Assembly: GCA_016189025.1 (NCBI GenBank)
Contig: JACPGS010000018.1
Location: forward strand, 6,921-70,920
Length of the DNA stretch: 64,000 nucleotides
Direction of reading: 5' to 3'
Source of the DNA: Candidatus Magasanikiibacteriota bacterium
GTDB taxonomy: Bacteria > Patescibacteriota > Patescibacteriia > Magasanikbacterales > GWA2-37-8
Each line of letters starts with the position of its first letter. Position 1 is the stretch's first letter. The position numbers were made by a program, and so were the translations under genes. Positions 1-8,221 of the stretch are shown here, piece after piece. The notes beneath the pieces are model-generated. The model had not been told where the DNA came from. It did no database searches and saw only the letters and a program-made list of their open reading frames with translations.

Positions 1-335
1 CGGGAGCAGGTGACCTGTATGTGCGCGTGCACGTGCGGCCCTCCAAAATTTTTCACCGCGAGGGGTTTGACGTGTATACGGAAAGTGAAATTAATTTTGT
101 CCAAGCCACGCTCGGCGATACCATCCCGGTGGAAACGCTGGAAGGTACCGTGCAGGTAGTAGTGCCCGCGGGTACCGAATCCGGACAGCTCATTCGGCTG
201 CGGGGCAAGGGCATTCCCCAGCTGGGGCGCGGCGCCGGGCGCGGCGATCATTATCTGCGGGTAAAAATCCAGGTGCCGAAAAAAGTAAGCCGGAGCGCGC
301 GGAAATTACTAGAGGAGTTGCGCGCCGAGCTATAG
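1..335 (+). CDS. dnaJ: Chaperone DnaJ, C-terminal fragment (5' end outside window)
   Basis: ORF 21..335 translates to a DnaJ C-terminal client-binding/dimerisation region (…GKGIPQLGRGAGRGDHYLRVKIQVP…). The frame is open back to the window start. Confidence 0.7.
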   Translation, partial: GAGDLYVRVHVRPSKIFHREGFDVYTESEINFVQATLGDTIPVETLEGTVQVVVPAGTESGQLIRLRGKGIPQLGRGAGRGDHYLRVKIQVPKKVSRSARKLLEELRAEL

Positions 336-339
336 CATT

Positions 340-442
340 GTCATTCCCGTGTAAACGGGAATCTAGTCAATAAGACATTCGGCTTAAAAGCTGGATTCCT
401 ACTGGAGTTTACCCTCGCGAAAGCGGGGGCGGGAATGACATT
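340..442. repeat. Palindromic element (PE family) copy between dnaJ and the sigma-factor gene
   Basis: gtcattcccgtgtaaacgggaatc hairpin plus ggattcc…cgcgaaagcggggg…gggaatgac. Termini gtcatTCCCG…CGGGAatgac match the other PE copies. Confidence 0.6.
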
Positions 443-481
443 CCTTGCGTCGGCATACCAATATGGTATGCTGATTTTGTT

Positions 482-1003
482 ATGGCCTCGGGTGCTAAAA
501 ATTTTGAGCAGTTCTATACTCAACACTTTGGCAAAGTGTTCCGCTTTGTGTTTTTCCGTTGTAACGGCGATCGGGCGCTGGCCGAAGATTTAGTGTCGGA
601 AATTTTTCTGAAAGCGCTGAATCATTTTGCCGCTTACGACGAAGCGCGCAGCCGGAGCGCCTGGATTATGACGATTACCCGCCATCACCTGGCGAATTTC
701 TGGCGCGATCGCAAACCCACCGTCGCGCTGGATGCGTTCGGCGGCAGCGAGGCGGAGGGAGAGGGAACACCGGCTGAACCTTGGTCAGTGGCGACTTCCC
801 GTCTGGCGCAAGAACAAAAAGCAGCCACTCTAGAGGCGCAGGAATTTTTGGCTAAGCTTGCCCCCAACGAGCGGGAAATTGTAACTTTGCACTATTTGGC
901 GGGGTATAGTTATGCAGAAATTGCGGAGCTGGTCGGGAGTACTGCGGGCGCGGTCAAAGTGGCGGCGCATCGGGCGATCAAGCGGCTCCGTGATTTCTTG
1001 TAG
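482..1003 (+). CDS. ECF-family RNA polymerase sigma-70 factor
   Basis: Sigma-70 region 2 (DLVSEIFLKALNHFAAYDE…SAWIMTITRHHLANFWRDRK) and region 4 HTH (EREIVTLHYLAGYSYAEIAELVGSTAGAVKVAAHRAIKRL). Confidence 0.85.
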   Translation: MASGAKNFEQFYTQHFGKVFRFVFFRCNGDRALAEDLVSEIFLKALNHFAAYDEARSRSAWIMTITRHHLANFWRDRKPTVALDAFGGSEAEGEGTPAEPWSVATSRLAQEQKAATLEAQEFLAKLAPNEREIVTLHYLAGYSYAEIAELVGSTAGAVKVAAHRAIKRLRDFL

Positions 1004-1157
1004 ATAGGGCTGGCGCGTTTGGCGCATTTCGGCGTTGTCACCTGCGCTACTCACTCGCCGTATTATTAAATACGTCTCGTTCCGTTGCTCGGTGCCGCCT
1101 TGAACTGCATCCAAACGCACCAGCCCTAATAGATTTTAGTACGGATTAATTAAAGAT

Positions 1158-2120
1158 ATGTCCTGGCGCGTGCGCTATTATTTGTGGCAAGAACGGCGGC
1201 GGTTGGCCCCCCGGCCGCGTTTTCAGCGTGCGCTAAAGGAGCGGCTGGCGGTAGTGGCAAGGGAGCGTTACGGCGAGAGACCGCGCTGGCGGTGGCGGTA
1301 TCGCCTGGTGCGCCTGGCCTCCGGGGCGCTCGCCGGGGTGATTGGCGTAGCTAGTGTTTCCACCGGCGCCTATGCCTATGTCAGCCCGGAGGTAACGCCA
1401 GCCTCGGCGCTCTACCCGGTGAAGCACGCTTTGGAGCGGGTGGCCGAACGCTGGCCGCGCTCGGATGAGAAACAGGCGCGTTTTTATGCGCGCCAACTAG
1501 AGCGCCGCGAAGCCGAAGCGCAGGTAGCGGCGATGCGGGGAGAATCGTCCGAGAGAATCGCCGAGCGGATCGAGCAGATTGAGCAGCGTCTGGTAGCAAT
1601 TGCCGAGAAATTAGCCGCTACCCAGAAACCGTTACCAGTGCCAGCACGCGTACGTCTAGAGCGTAAGCAAGAACGCCTGGAAAAGAAATACCAGCAATTG
1701 TTAGATCGGCAATCAGGGCCTGTTTCAATACCAGGAACGGCTAAGGCGGGGGCGACCACTGCTACTCCTGCCACCACCGAACGCACGCTACCCTCATCGG
1801 CTCGCTCCGTTCCCTGGCGGAAAAATAATAAACCGGATTCCGATTTGATACTTCCCCCGGCGGAGTCAGCCGCAGCGTTGCGATTGGGCGCGCCGGCAGA
1901 AAAAGTAAAACCATCTTCTCCCGATCAATCCACTAAAGCAAATCAGAGCCGACCAGATCAAGAAAAACCTGCCGCTCCTTCACTAGTGCCCACCTCTTCA
2001 GTTGAGCTCAATTCAGTAAACCTACCCGATTCGGTTGCCTCGGACCGGCGGGTAGCGCGTCCGCGTCTTAAACCAGCCGGCCGCCATGATGACACTGCTA
2101 AACAGATAAAGAAACCGTGA
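1158..2120 (+). CDS. Putative anti-sigma factor / membrane protein, Arg-rich N-terminus, one TM segment, Pro/Ala-rich C-terminus
   Basis: Sits directly downstream of the ECF sigma gene. Single hydrophobic segment LASGALAGVIGVASVSTGAYAY. Function inferred from position only. Confidence 0.35.
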   Translation: MSWRVRYYLWQERRRLAPRPRFQRALKERLAVVARERYGERPRWRWRYRLVRLASGALAGVIGVASVSTGAYAYVSPEVTPASALYPVKHALERVAERWPRSDEKQARFYARQLERREAEAQVAAMRGESSERIAERIEQIEQRLVAIAEKLAATQKPLPVPARVRLERKQERLEKKYQQLLDRQSGPVSIPGTAKAGATTATPATTERTLPSSARSVPWRKNNKPDSDLILPPAESAAALRLGAPAEKVKPSSPDQSTKANQSRPDQEKPAAPSLVPTSSVELNSVNLPDSVASDRRVARPRLKPAGRHDDTAKQIKKP

Positions 2121-2126
2121 GCGGAC

Positions 2127-2528
2127 TTATGCCTGTTTGTCTAGCACCTTATTTACCTCGGCGTCCGCGGCGCGATTATTATGGCGCAAGGTGTGGCGGT
2201 AACTGACCTGCTTAAAAGCGGCCGCCGCGTTGAATACCGCCACGAATAATTTTTGCAAGGTTGGCTCTTTCACCCGATATTTGCCCAGCAGCTGCTTAAC
2301 CACCAGTTCGCTGTCCAAAATGCATTCCACTTCGGTTGCCCCGAGGTGCTTTGCTTTTTTGAGTCCGGAAAGCAAGGCGGAATACTCAGCAAAATTATTT
2401 GTCTGAATGCCCAGATATTCGCCGTAAGCGGCCAGAGTTTTACCGGCCGTATTTTTTATTACCACGCCCGTGGCCGCCGGACCGGGGTTGCCCCGGGCGC
2501 CGCCGTCGGTGTGAATGATTACTTTCAT
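2127..2528 (-). CDS. rnhA: Ribonuclease HI
   Basis: MKVIIHTDGGARGNPGPAATGVVI… matches the RNase H type-1 N-terminal motif, and NNFAEYSALLSGLKKA is the conserved central helix. Confidence 0.8.
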   Translation of the reverse strand: MKVIIHTDGGARGNPGPAATGVVIKNTAGKTLAAYGEYLGIQTNNFAEYSALLSGLKKAKHLGATEVECILDSELVVKQLLGKYRVKEPTLQKLFVAVFNAAAAFKQVSYRHTLRHNNRAADAEVNKVLDKQA

Positions 2529-2597
2529 AATCGCAATTGATGACGCCGGTTATTGGGCTAAAATATATCAATTTTCTCGCGGTCAAACTCCTTCACA

Positions 2598-3959
2598 TCA
2601 ATAATTCAATTCCCACAGCCCCTCCTGGTTTTGGTAAATTCCGGCAAAGAACAGGCGCCGGCGTTTGGGGTCAGCCGCTAATCGGCGCACTACGGCCGGA
2701 ATAAAATCATGGCTGACCTGATAATAGGGAAAGAAGGCGGTAACTCGATCCGGCAACACCAGCGCCAGCGTATTGTATTCATCCAGGGGAACGGCATCGG
2801 CATACGGCTCGCCCGAGCGCAACAGCAGCGTCGGCGCCGCGCCGTGGCGGTATTCCCTTAATTCCCAGGGGCTTCCCAATAGCCACCAGTCGTTAAACGG
2901 CGAGCGGCGGAAATAACTCCCTGGTATAGTAAATTCTGCGGCGGCGGTCAACAGGCGGCGCTCCGGCCCCGGCCGCTCCACCAGCACGCTGTCGGGGGCA
3001 GCCTGCACCAGGCGCCAGGGAAAACGCCGGGCATTATTATCGGCCGGTAAAGTTTTCCAGAGGGAACGGAACCCCAGCGCATTGCGGATTAATTCCCAGC
3101 GGTTAGCAGCCGGCGCCAGCCGCAGCAGCCATAACCCATTGGCGCTGGCCTGCCAGTCAGCGCCCGCGAGTTCTGTCAGCCGCAGCATTTTTCGGGTAGT
3201 AGGCGACCACTGGAAGAGTGTGGTGGAAGTGCTAAGATACAATATCGTTTCTTCCGGCAGCCATTGCCATTTGGTAATCGCGGCGCTGGTCGGGGTATTC
3301 AGTATGGTCGGCGGGCCGGGTTCTTTGGCGTTAATCAGCGCCAGCTGGCTGCTGGAGGGAGTAGTAATCGAGAGAATACCATATGGCTCGCGTTCCGCCC
3401 AGCGCCAATCAACTTCCGTTTCCCGGGCAAGGGCAGTTAACAGGGTAAGCTCTTCCTTTTTCAGGTCAGTGAGCCAGATTTCCTGCCGGTTCTGATTTTG
3501 GTTTACGGTGATCAGGTAATTGCCTCCCGGCGACAAAAATAGTTGGTCAATCCGGCCGCGCCGCCGCCGCCGCGGCGTTTGGTTTTTCAGCAGGCCGATG
3601 TCTTTAAAATAAATCGTTTGTTGATTATGCAGAGTTACCGCGGTTTGCCAGCGGTGGTAGCCGGTGGCATCCAGCACCAGGCTGTACTGGCGGGGCGTCA
3701 GATTATTAAGGCGATAAGGCATTTTCCCTTTGGCGGCCACGCCGTTGAGGATAAGTTTAGCGGTGGCGGGTTCAATATCCACGCTGATGCTGCCGGTGGT
3801 GCGCCAGATACCGCGCCGCCAGTCCAGCTGATAGCCGGCGGTGGAAAGTATCACCAGAGGAGCGATAATGAGAAAGGCAATGATGAAGCCACCCAGCAGC
3901 AGCAAGCGCAGCGGGCGGGTAAACCGGGTGCCGGGGTATTCCATAGTAGAAATTAGCAA
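2598..3959 (-). CDS. Membrane-anchored PEGA-domain protein with putative beta-propeller region
   Basis: N-terminal TM segment (LLLLGGFIIAFLIIAPLVIL) followed by a PEGA-like segment (ISVDIEPATAKLILNGVAAKGKMPYRLNNLTPRQYSLVLDATGYH) and a W-rich repeat region. Confidence 0.45.
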   Translation of the reverse strand: MLISTMEYPGTRFTRPLRLLLLGGFIIAFLIIAPLVILSTAGYQLDWRRGIWRTTGSISVDIEPATAKLILNGVAAKGKMPYRLNNLTPRQYSLVLDATGYHRWQTAVTLHNQQTIYFKDIGLLKNQTPRRRRRGRIDQLFLSPGGNYLITVNQNQNRQEIWLTDLKKEELTLLTALARETEVDWRWAEREPYGILSITTPSSSQLALINAKEPGPPTILNTPTSAAITKWQWLPEETILYLSTSTTLFQWSPTTRKMLRLTELAGADWQASANGLWLLRLAPAANRWELIRNALGFRSLWKTLPADNNARRFPWRLVQAAPDSVLVERPGPERRLLTAAAEFTIPGSYFRRSPFNDWWLLGSPWELREYRHGAAPTLLLRSGEPYADAVPLDEYNTLALVLPDRVTAFFPYYQVSHDFIPAVVRRLAADPKRRRLFFAGIYQNQEGLWELNY

Positions 3960-3989
3960 TTAGCAATTAGCAGCTTTGTTAATTGTTCA

Positions 3990-4018
3990 TTGCTAATTAT
4001 TAAATATCGGTATATACT
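3990..4018 (+). promoter_or_regulatory. Candidate sigma-70-type promoter for murA (TTGCTA-17-TATACT)
   Basis: -35 TTGCTA at 3990-3995, a 17-nt AT-rich spacer, and -10 TATACT at 4013-4018. It sits about 50 nt upstream of the murA ATG. Confidence 0.4.
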
Positions 4019-4068
4019 ATTCAAACTCATCTCATCATACTCTAGCGCTTGTTTATCGTCAAAGTTGT

Positions 4069-5373
4069 ATGTCTTACCTGGTAATTAACGGCGGGAAACC
4101 GCTCCGCGGGAGCGTTACGGTGCAAGCCAATAAAAATTCAGCGCTCTCCATTATTGCGGCTAGTCTCTTGATTCGGGGGCGCACGGTTTTGCGCGACGTG
4201 CCGGTGATTGATGACGTGGAGCATTTATTGACGTTGTTGGTATCCCTGGGGGTGAAGGTGAAGCGGCAGGGACGCCGGGTGGTAATTGATGCGAAAGGTC
4301 CGCTTAAACTGTCAGCCTTAAGCAAACCCGCCGCGGGCGCCACGCGGGCGGCGCTTCTGCTCTGGGGGGCGCTGGCCTCCCGCGCCAGGCAGTATCGCCT
4401 GTATCGCGCCGGCGGGTGCCACCTGGGCGAGCGCACGGTGCGGCCGCATCTTTATGCTCTGGCTAAATTAGGTTTGCAGATTGCGGCGCAAGGCAATTAT
4501 TATACGGTGCGGGCGCCGGCCCGGTTGCGGGGGGCGTCCGTGGTGATGTACGAATCCGGCGATACCGCGACGGAAAATGTTATTCTGGCGGCGGTGCTGG
4601 CGCGGGGCACGACGATTGTTAAATTCGCCTCGGCCAATTATATGGTGCAGGATTTGTGTTATTTTTTACAGGCGGCCGGCGCCCAGATTGAAGGCATCGG
4701 CACCACCACGCTTACCATTCGCGGCGTCAGCGCGCTCCGGCCGGTGCAGAATTATCCTATCATGCCCGATCCGATTGTGGCGATGACTTTGCTCTCGGCC
4801 GGCATCGCTACCGGCTCACGCTTGACGGTGCGTAATTGTCCGTTGGAGTTTTTAGAGTTGGAGTTGGAGAAGTTGGCGGTGATGGGGCAGCGTTTTACCG
4901 TCAGCCACGGTCGCCCGTCGGGGAACGGCCAGTTCATGATCGGCGACATTACGATATTCCCCGGCCGTCTGCGGGCCCTGCCGGACAAAATTTACGGCCG
5001 TCCTTTCCCCGGTCTTAACATTGATAATCTGGTGCTGTTTATTCCCATTCTGGCCCGGGCCGCGGGCCGCACTCTGGTGCACGACTGGGCTTACGAAAAT
5101 CGCGCCCTGTACAGTCTGGAGCTGCAGAAGCTGGGAGTGCAGGTAACCCTGCTTGATCCGCATCGGTTGTTTGTAGAAGGCCCCACTAAATTTGAGCCGA
5201 ATGAAATCATCTGCCCGCCGGCGCTCCGGCCCGCGGTAAATATTTTAATCGGGATGCTGGCGGCGCCGGGTCGCTCGATTCTGCGTAATCACAGCATTAT
5301 TGACCGGGGTTACGAAAATTTATATGCGCTCTTGAATTCTTTGGGGGCCGATGTTACAATAGTTCGTAGTTAG
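4069..5373 (+). CDS. murA: UDP-N-acetylglucosamine 1-carboxyvinyltransferase
   Basis: EPSP-synthase/MurA fold. Contains the catalytic-Cys loop (RAGGCHLGERTVRPHL, cf. GGCAIGARPVDLH) and the N-terminal VTVQANKNSALSIIAASLL segment. Confidence 0.85.
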   Translation: MSYLVINGGKPLRGSVTVQANKNSALSIIAASLLIRGRTVLRDVPVIDDVEHLLTLLVSLGVKVKRQGRRVVIDAKGPLKLSALSKPAAGATRAALLLWGALASRARQYRLYRAGGCHLGERTVRPHLYALAKLGLQIAAQGNYYTVRAPARLRGASVVMYESGDTATENVILAAVLARGTTIVKFASANYMVQDLCYFLQAAGAQIEGIGTTTLTIRGVSALRPVQNYPIMPDPIVAMTLLSAGIATGSRLTVRNCPLEFLELELEKLAVMGQRFTVSHGRPSGNGQFMIGDITIFPGRLRALPDKIYGRPFPGLNIDNLVLFIPILARAAGRTLVHDWAYENRALYSLELQKLGVQVTLLDPHRLFVEGPTKFEPNEIICPPALRPAVNILIGMLAAPGRSILRNHSIIDRGYENLYALLNSLGADVTIVRS

Positions 5374-5398
5374 TAATTTATTTATTAGGGATTTTACT

Positions 5399-6640
5399 AT
5401 GCAGGCACGCACTACCCGCCGTCGGGTAAATTTTTCCCTGGGCATTTTGTTGTTTGTGGTTGCTTTCGGGTCGGGAGTATTGCTCGGCCAAGTAATGTAC
5501 GTGCGCGGCGGCACCGTAGCGGCCGTGGCAGAGGCCGAAGCGCCGACCCAGGTTTTTATTATTGATCGGCTGACCAACCGGTCGCCGGTAGTGGATTTTA
5601 ATCAATTTTGGTCAGTGTGGGATCGCGTCAAGTCAAAATTTGTCAAAACTGACGTGAAAGATGTTGATTTATTCTACGGCGCGGTGCAGGGAATGGTTTA
5701 TGCCTTAAATGATCCTTATTCCAGTTATTTCCCTCCTCAACCGGCAGCGGAATTTACCAAAAGTTTAGCCGGCGAATTCAGCGGCATCGGCATTGAAATC
5801 GGCATGAAGCAGAATCAGATTTTAGTAATTGCGCCCCTTCCCAATACGCCGGCAGAACGGGCGGGACTGCGGCCAGCCGATAAAATTATGGCGATAAACA
5901 AGCGGCCTACCGTGGGGATGGATTTGAACACGGCGGTAAACCTGATCCGGGGGCCAGAGGGCACCACCACCACGCTCACCATCGGGCGCGAAGGCTGGGC
6001 CAAACCGCGCGATTTTATCATCACCCGCAGCAAAATCAACGTGCCGGCGCTGATCTATTCGGTTAAGCCCGGCCGCGTCGGATATTTGCGGGTGATGCAG
6101 TTTAACGAGGATACCATGCGCGAGTTTGACCGCGTGGTGCGCCGGATTAAGCGCGACGGAATAACCGGCCTGATTGTTGACGTGCGCAATAACCCAGGGG
6201 GATTCCTGGATGCGGCGATTCAACTCTCTAGCGAATGGGTGCCCGAAGGGCGGATTGTCAGCGAACGTTTTCGCGATGGCCGCGAAAACGTGCACCAGAG
6301 CGTCGGGTTGCATCGCCTCTACGGGGTGCCGACCGTGGTGTTAGTGAACGGCGGTTCGGCTTCGGCTTCGGAAATTCTGGCCGGCGCCCTGGGCGACCAG
6401 GGGGCGGCTAAAATAATCGGCGAAAAAACTTACGGCAAGGGTTCGGTGCAGGATTTTGAAACTTTCCCAGACGGGTCGGCGCTCAAGCTGACGGTAGCCG
6501 AGTGGTATACGCCTAAAGGCACTAATATCAACGAGAAGGGAATTACGCCCGATATTGTGATGAAAATAGATTACGATAAAGAAAAAATCGGTACTGACGC
6601 CATGATTAACCGGGCGTTGCAGGAGCTGCGGAAGAAATAA
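5399..6640 (+). CDS. ctpA: Carboxyl-terminal processing protease (S41 family) with PDZ domain
   Basis: N-terminal TM segment, PDZ region (GIGIEIGMKQNQILVIAPLPNTPAERAGLRPADKIMAIN) and the S41 catalytic motif VLVNGGSASASEILAGAL. Confidence 0.85.
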   Translation: MQARTTRRRVNFSLGILLFVVAFGSGVLLGQVMYVRGGTVAAVAEAEAPTQVFIIDRLTNRSPVVDFNQFWSVWDRVKSKFVKTDVKDVDLFYGAVQGMVYALNDPYSSYFPPQPAAEFTKSLAGEFSGIGIEIGMKQNQILVIAPLPNTPAERAGLRPADKIMAINKRPTVGMDLNTAVNLIRGPEGTTTTLTIGREGWAKPRDFIITRSKINVPALIYSVKPGRVGYLRVMQFNEDTMREFDRVVRRIKRDGITGLIVDVRNNPGGFLDAAIQLSSEWVPEGRIVSERFRDGRENVHQSVGLHRLYGVPTVVLVNGGSASASEILAGALGDQGAAKIIGEKTYGKGSVQDFETFPDGSALKLTVAEWYTPKGTNINEKGITPDIVMKIDYDKEKIGTDAMINRALQELRKK

Positions 6641-6643
6641 GAT

Positions 6644-6675
6644 AAAAGCCCCCCGACTAAGTCGGGGGGCTTTAG
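6644..6675. terminator. Bidirectional rho-independent terminator between ctpA and era
   Basis: aaaagCCCCCCGACTAAGTCGGGGGGcttt is a perfect GC-rich hairpin with A/T tracts on both sides. Confidence 0.7.
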
Positions 6676-7560
6676 TTAAACTCGCTCCGGCCAATGGCGG
6701 TCTACTTCCACCTCCAGCTCCAGGTAGACTTTTTTACCCAGCGCCTGTTCCAGTTCGCGCCGCGCCGCCTGGCCGATTTCTTTAATCGCCCGTCCGCCGG
6801 CGCCGATGATCATTTGTTTATAGCGTTTATCGTTGGTCAGCACTTGCGCTTTAATCACGAAAATATCGGGTTTTTCTTCAATGCTTTCGGTCTCCACGGT
6901 GGTGGAATAGGGCACTTCTTTGCGCAGGGCCAGAAAAATTTTTTCCCGGATTAATTCCGCTACCCAGAATTCTTTGTCCACGTTGGTTAATTGCTCGGGC
7001 GGGTAAAGCGGTTCGCCGACGGGCAAAAGCGCAAAGACGCGGGCGATCAGCGGCTGAATATGGCGCGCCCGCAGCGCCGACAATTCAAACACGCCGTCAA
7101 ATTCCGGGACGAGCGCCCGGTAATCGGCCAGCCACTCTTTTTCCCCTTCGGGCAGGTCGCTTTTGTTAATCACCAGCAGTTTGGGAATTTTCAGTTTGCG
7201 CACCAGGGAGAGCAGGTATCTTTCTTCCGGGCCCAGGCTGCGCGTGGGGTCCGCGACATAAATAATCAAGTCAATTTCCTGCAGGGCTTCGTGCACTCGC
7301 GCTTCCAGCGTCCCGGACAGCGCGGTGCGGCGCTCTTTGAAGATGCCCGGCGTGTCAATAAATACGGCCTGGCCCGCCGGGTGGTTAAGCACGCCGTGAA
7401 TCAGGTGGCGGGTAGTCTGCGGTTTATGGGTAACGGCCGCGATTTTGGTGCCAATCAAGGTATTCAGCAGGGTGGATTTGCCGACGTTGGAGCGGCCGAC
7501 CAGGGTAACCAGGCCGGATTTAAGAGGAGCGGCAGCGGTGGATTTTGGCAAGGAGGGCAT
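6676..7560 (-). CDS. era: GTPase Era
   Basis: G1 motif LVGRSNVGKSTLLN, G2 TTR, G3 DTPG, G4 NKSD and a C-terminal KH domain. Confidence 0.9.
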   Translation of the reverse strand: MPSLPKSTAAAPLKSGLVTLVGRSNVGKSTLLNTLIGTKIAAVTHKPQTTRHLIHGVLNHPAGQAVFIDTPGIFKERRTALSGTLEARVHEALQEIDLIIYVADPTRSLGPEERYLLSLVRKLKIPKLLVINKSDLPEGEKEWLADYRALVPEFDGVFELSALRARHIQPLIARVFALLPVGEPLYPPEQLTNVDKEFWVAELIREKIFLALRKEVPYSTTVETESIEEKPDIFVIKAQVLTNDKRYKQMIIGAGGRAIKEIGQAARRELEQALGKKVYLELEVEVDRHWPERV

Positions 7561-7584
7561 AGATCAAGGTCAATTTTTAGCGGC

Positions 7585-7613
7585 TTGGCTAATTTTAGAG
7601 TATGTACTATAAT
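7585..7613 (+). promoter_or_regulatory. Candidate promoter for rplI (TTGGCT-17-TATAAT)
   Basis: -35 TTGGCT at 7585-7590, 17-nt spacer, -10 TATAAT at 7608-7613. Confidence 0.4.
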
Positions 7614-7645
7614 ATATCAAACCTGTTTAAGGCAAGAGCTAAGAT

Positions 7646-8086
7646 ATGAAAGTCATTCTCTTACAGCCAGTAGCCGGTTTAGGCGAATCAGATGAAATTA
7701 AGGAAGTAGCCGATGGTTATGCCCGGAATTTTTTGTTCCCGCGGCATCTGGCGGTACTGGCGTCGGAGCAGGCGGTGCAGGATTTAGCGGCGCGCCAAAA
7801 AAAAGCGGCCCGCGAGGCCGAGCGCGATTTGCGCGAGCAGCAGCAGCTGGCGGGGAAGGTGGATGGAGAAGAAATTGAAATTAGCGAGCGCGCCAGCGCC
7901 AAAGGCCAGTTGTATGCGGCAGTGGGTCCGGCCCGCGTTGCCCAGGCGCTCGCCGAGCGGAATTTGCCGGTTGCCCCCGAACAGATTGCAATGAAGCCGA
8001 TTAAGGAAGCCGGCACTTATCCGGTAAAAATTAAATTCCGCCACGGGCTGGAGGCGGAGGTGATAGTCATTATCAACACCGTCTGA
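7646..8086 (+). CDS. rplI: 50S ribosomal protein L9
   Basis: [37 protein letters not shown] is a typical L9 N-domain, followed by a long connecting helix and a C-domain. Confidence 0.85.
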   Translation: MKVILLQPVAGLGESDEIKEVADGYARNFLFPRHLAVLASEQAVQDLAARQKKAAREAERDLREQQQLAGKVDGEEIEISERASAKGQLYAAVGPARVAQALAERNLPVAPEQIAMKPIKEAGTYPVKIKFRHGLEAEVIVIINTV

Positions 8087-8221
8087 TAATTTTAAGGTTT
8101 ACCTTTACCATTTGGTCCGCTTGATATTTATTTAGTTATCAGCAATCAGCAGATTCAGCAGATTCAGCCAACAATCAATTACTGATTACTGAATTTGCTG
8201 ATTTCTGAATCTGCTATCATT

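Noticed and set aside
341-526. ORF 341..526 (-), 61 aa
   Set aside because: It is made up entirely of the palindromic element (…IPYWYADARNVIPAPAFARVNSSRNPAFKPNVLLTRFPFTRE). It is a repeat translation artefact, not a gene.
8195-8221. ORF-track start of pyrG at 8195 (MLISESAIIMLRTKY…)
   Set aside because: CTP synthases start immediately before the conserved KY(I/L)FVTGG motif. The internal ATG at 8222 fits that, and 8195-8221 lies inside the upstream inverted repeat.
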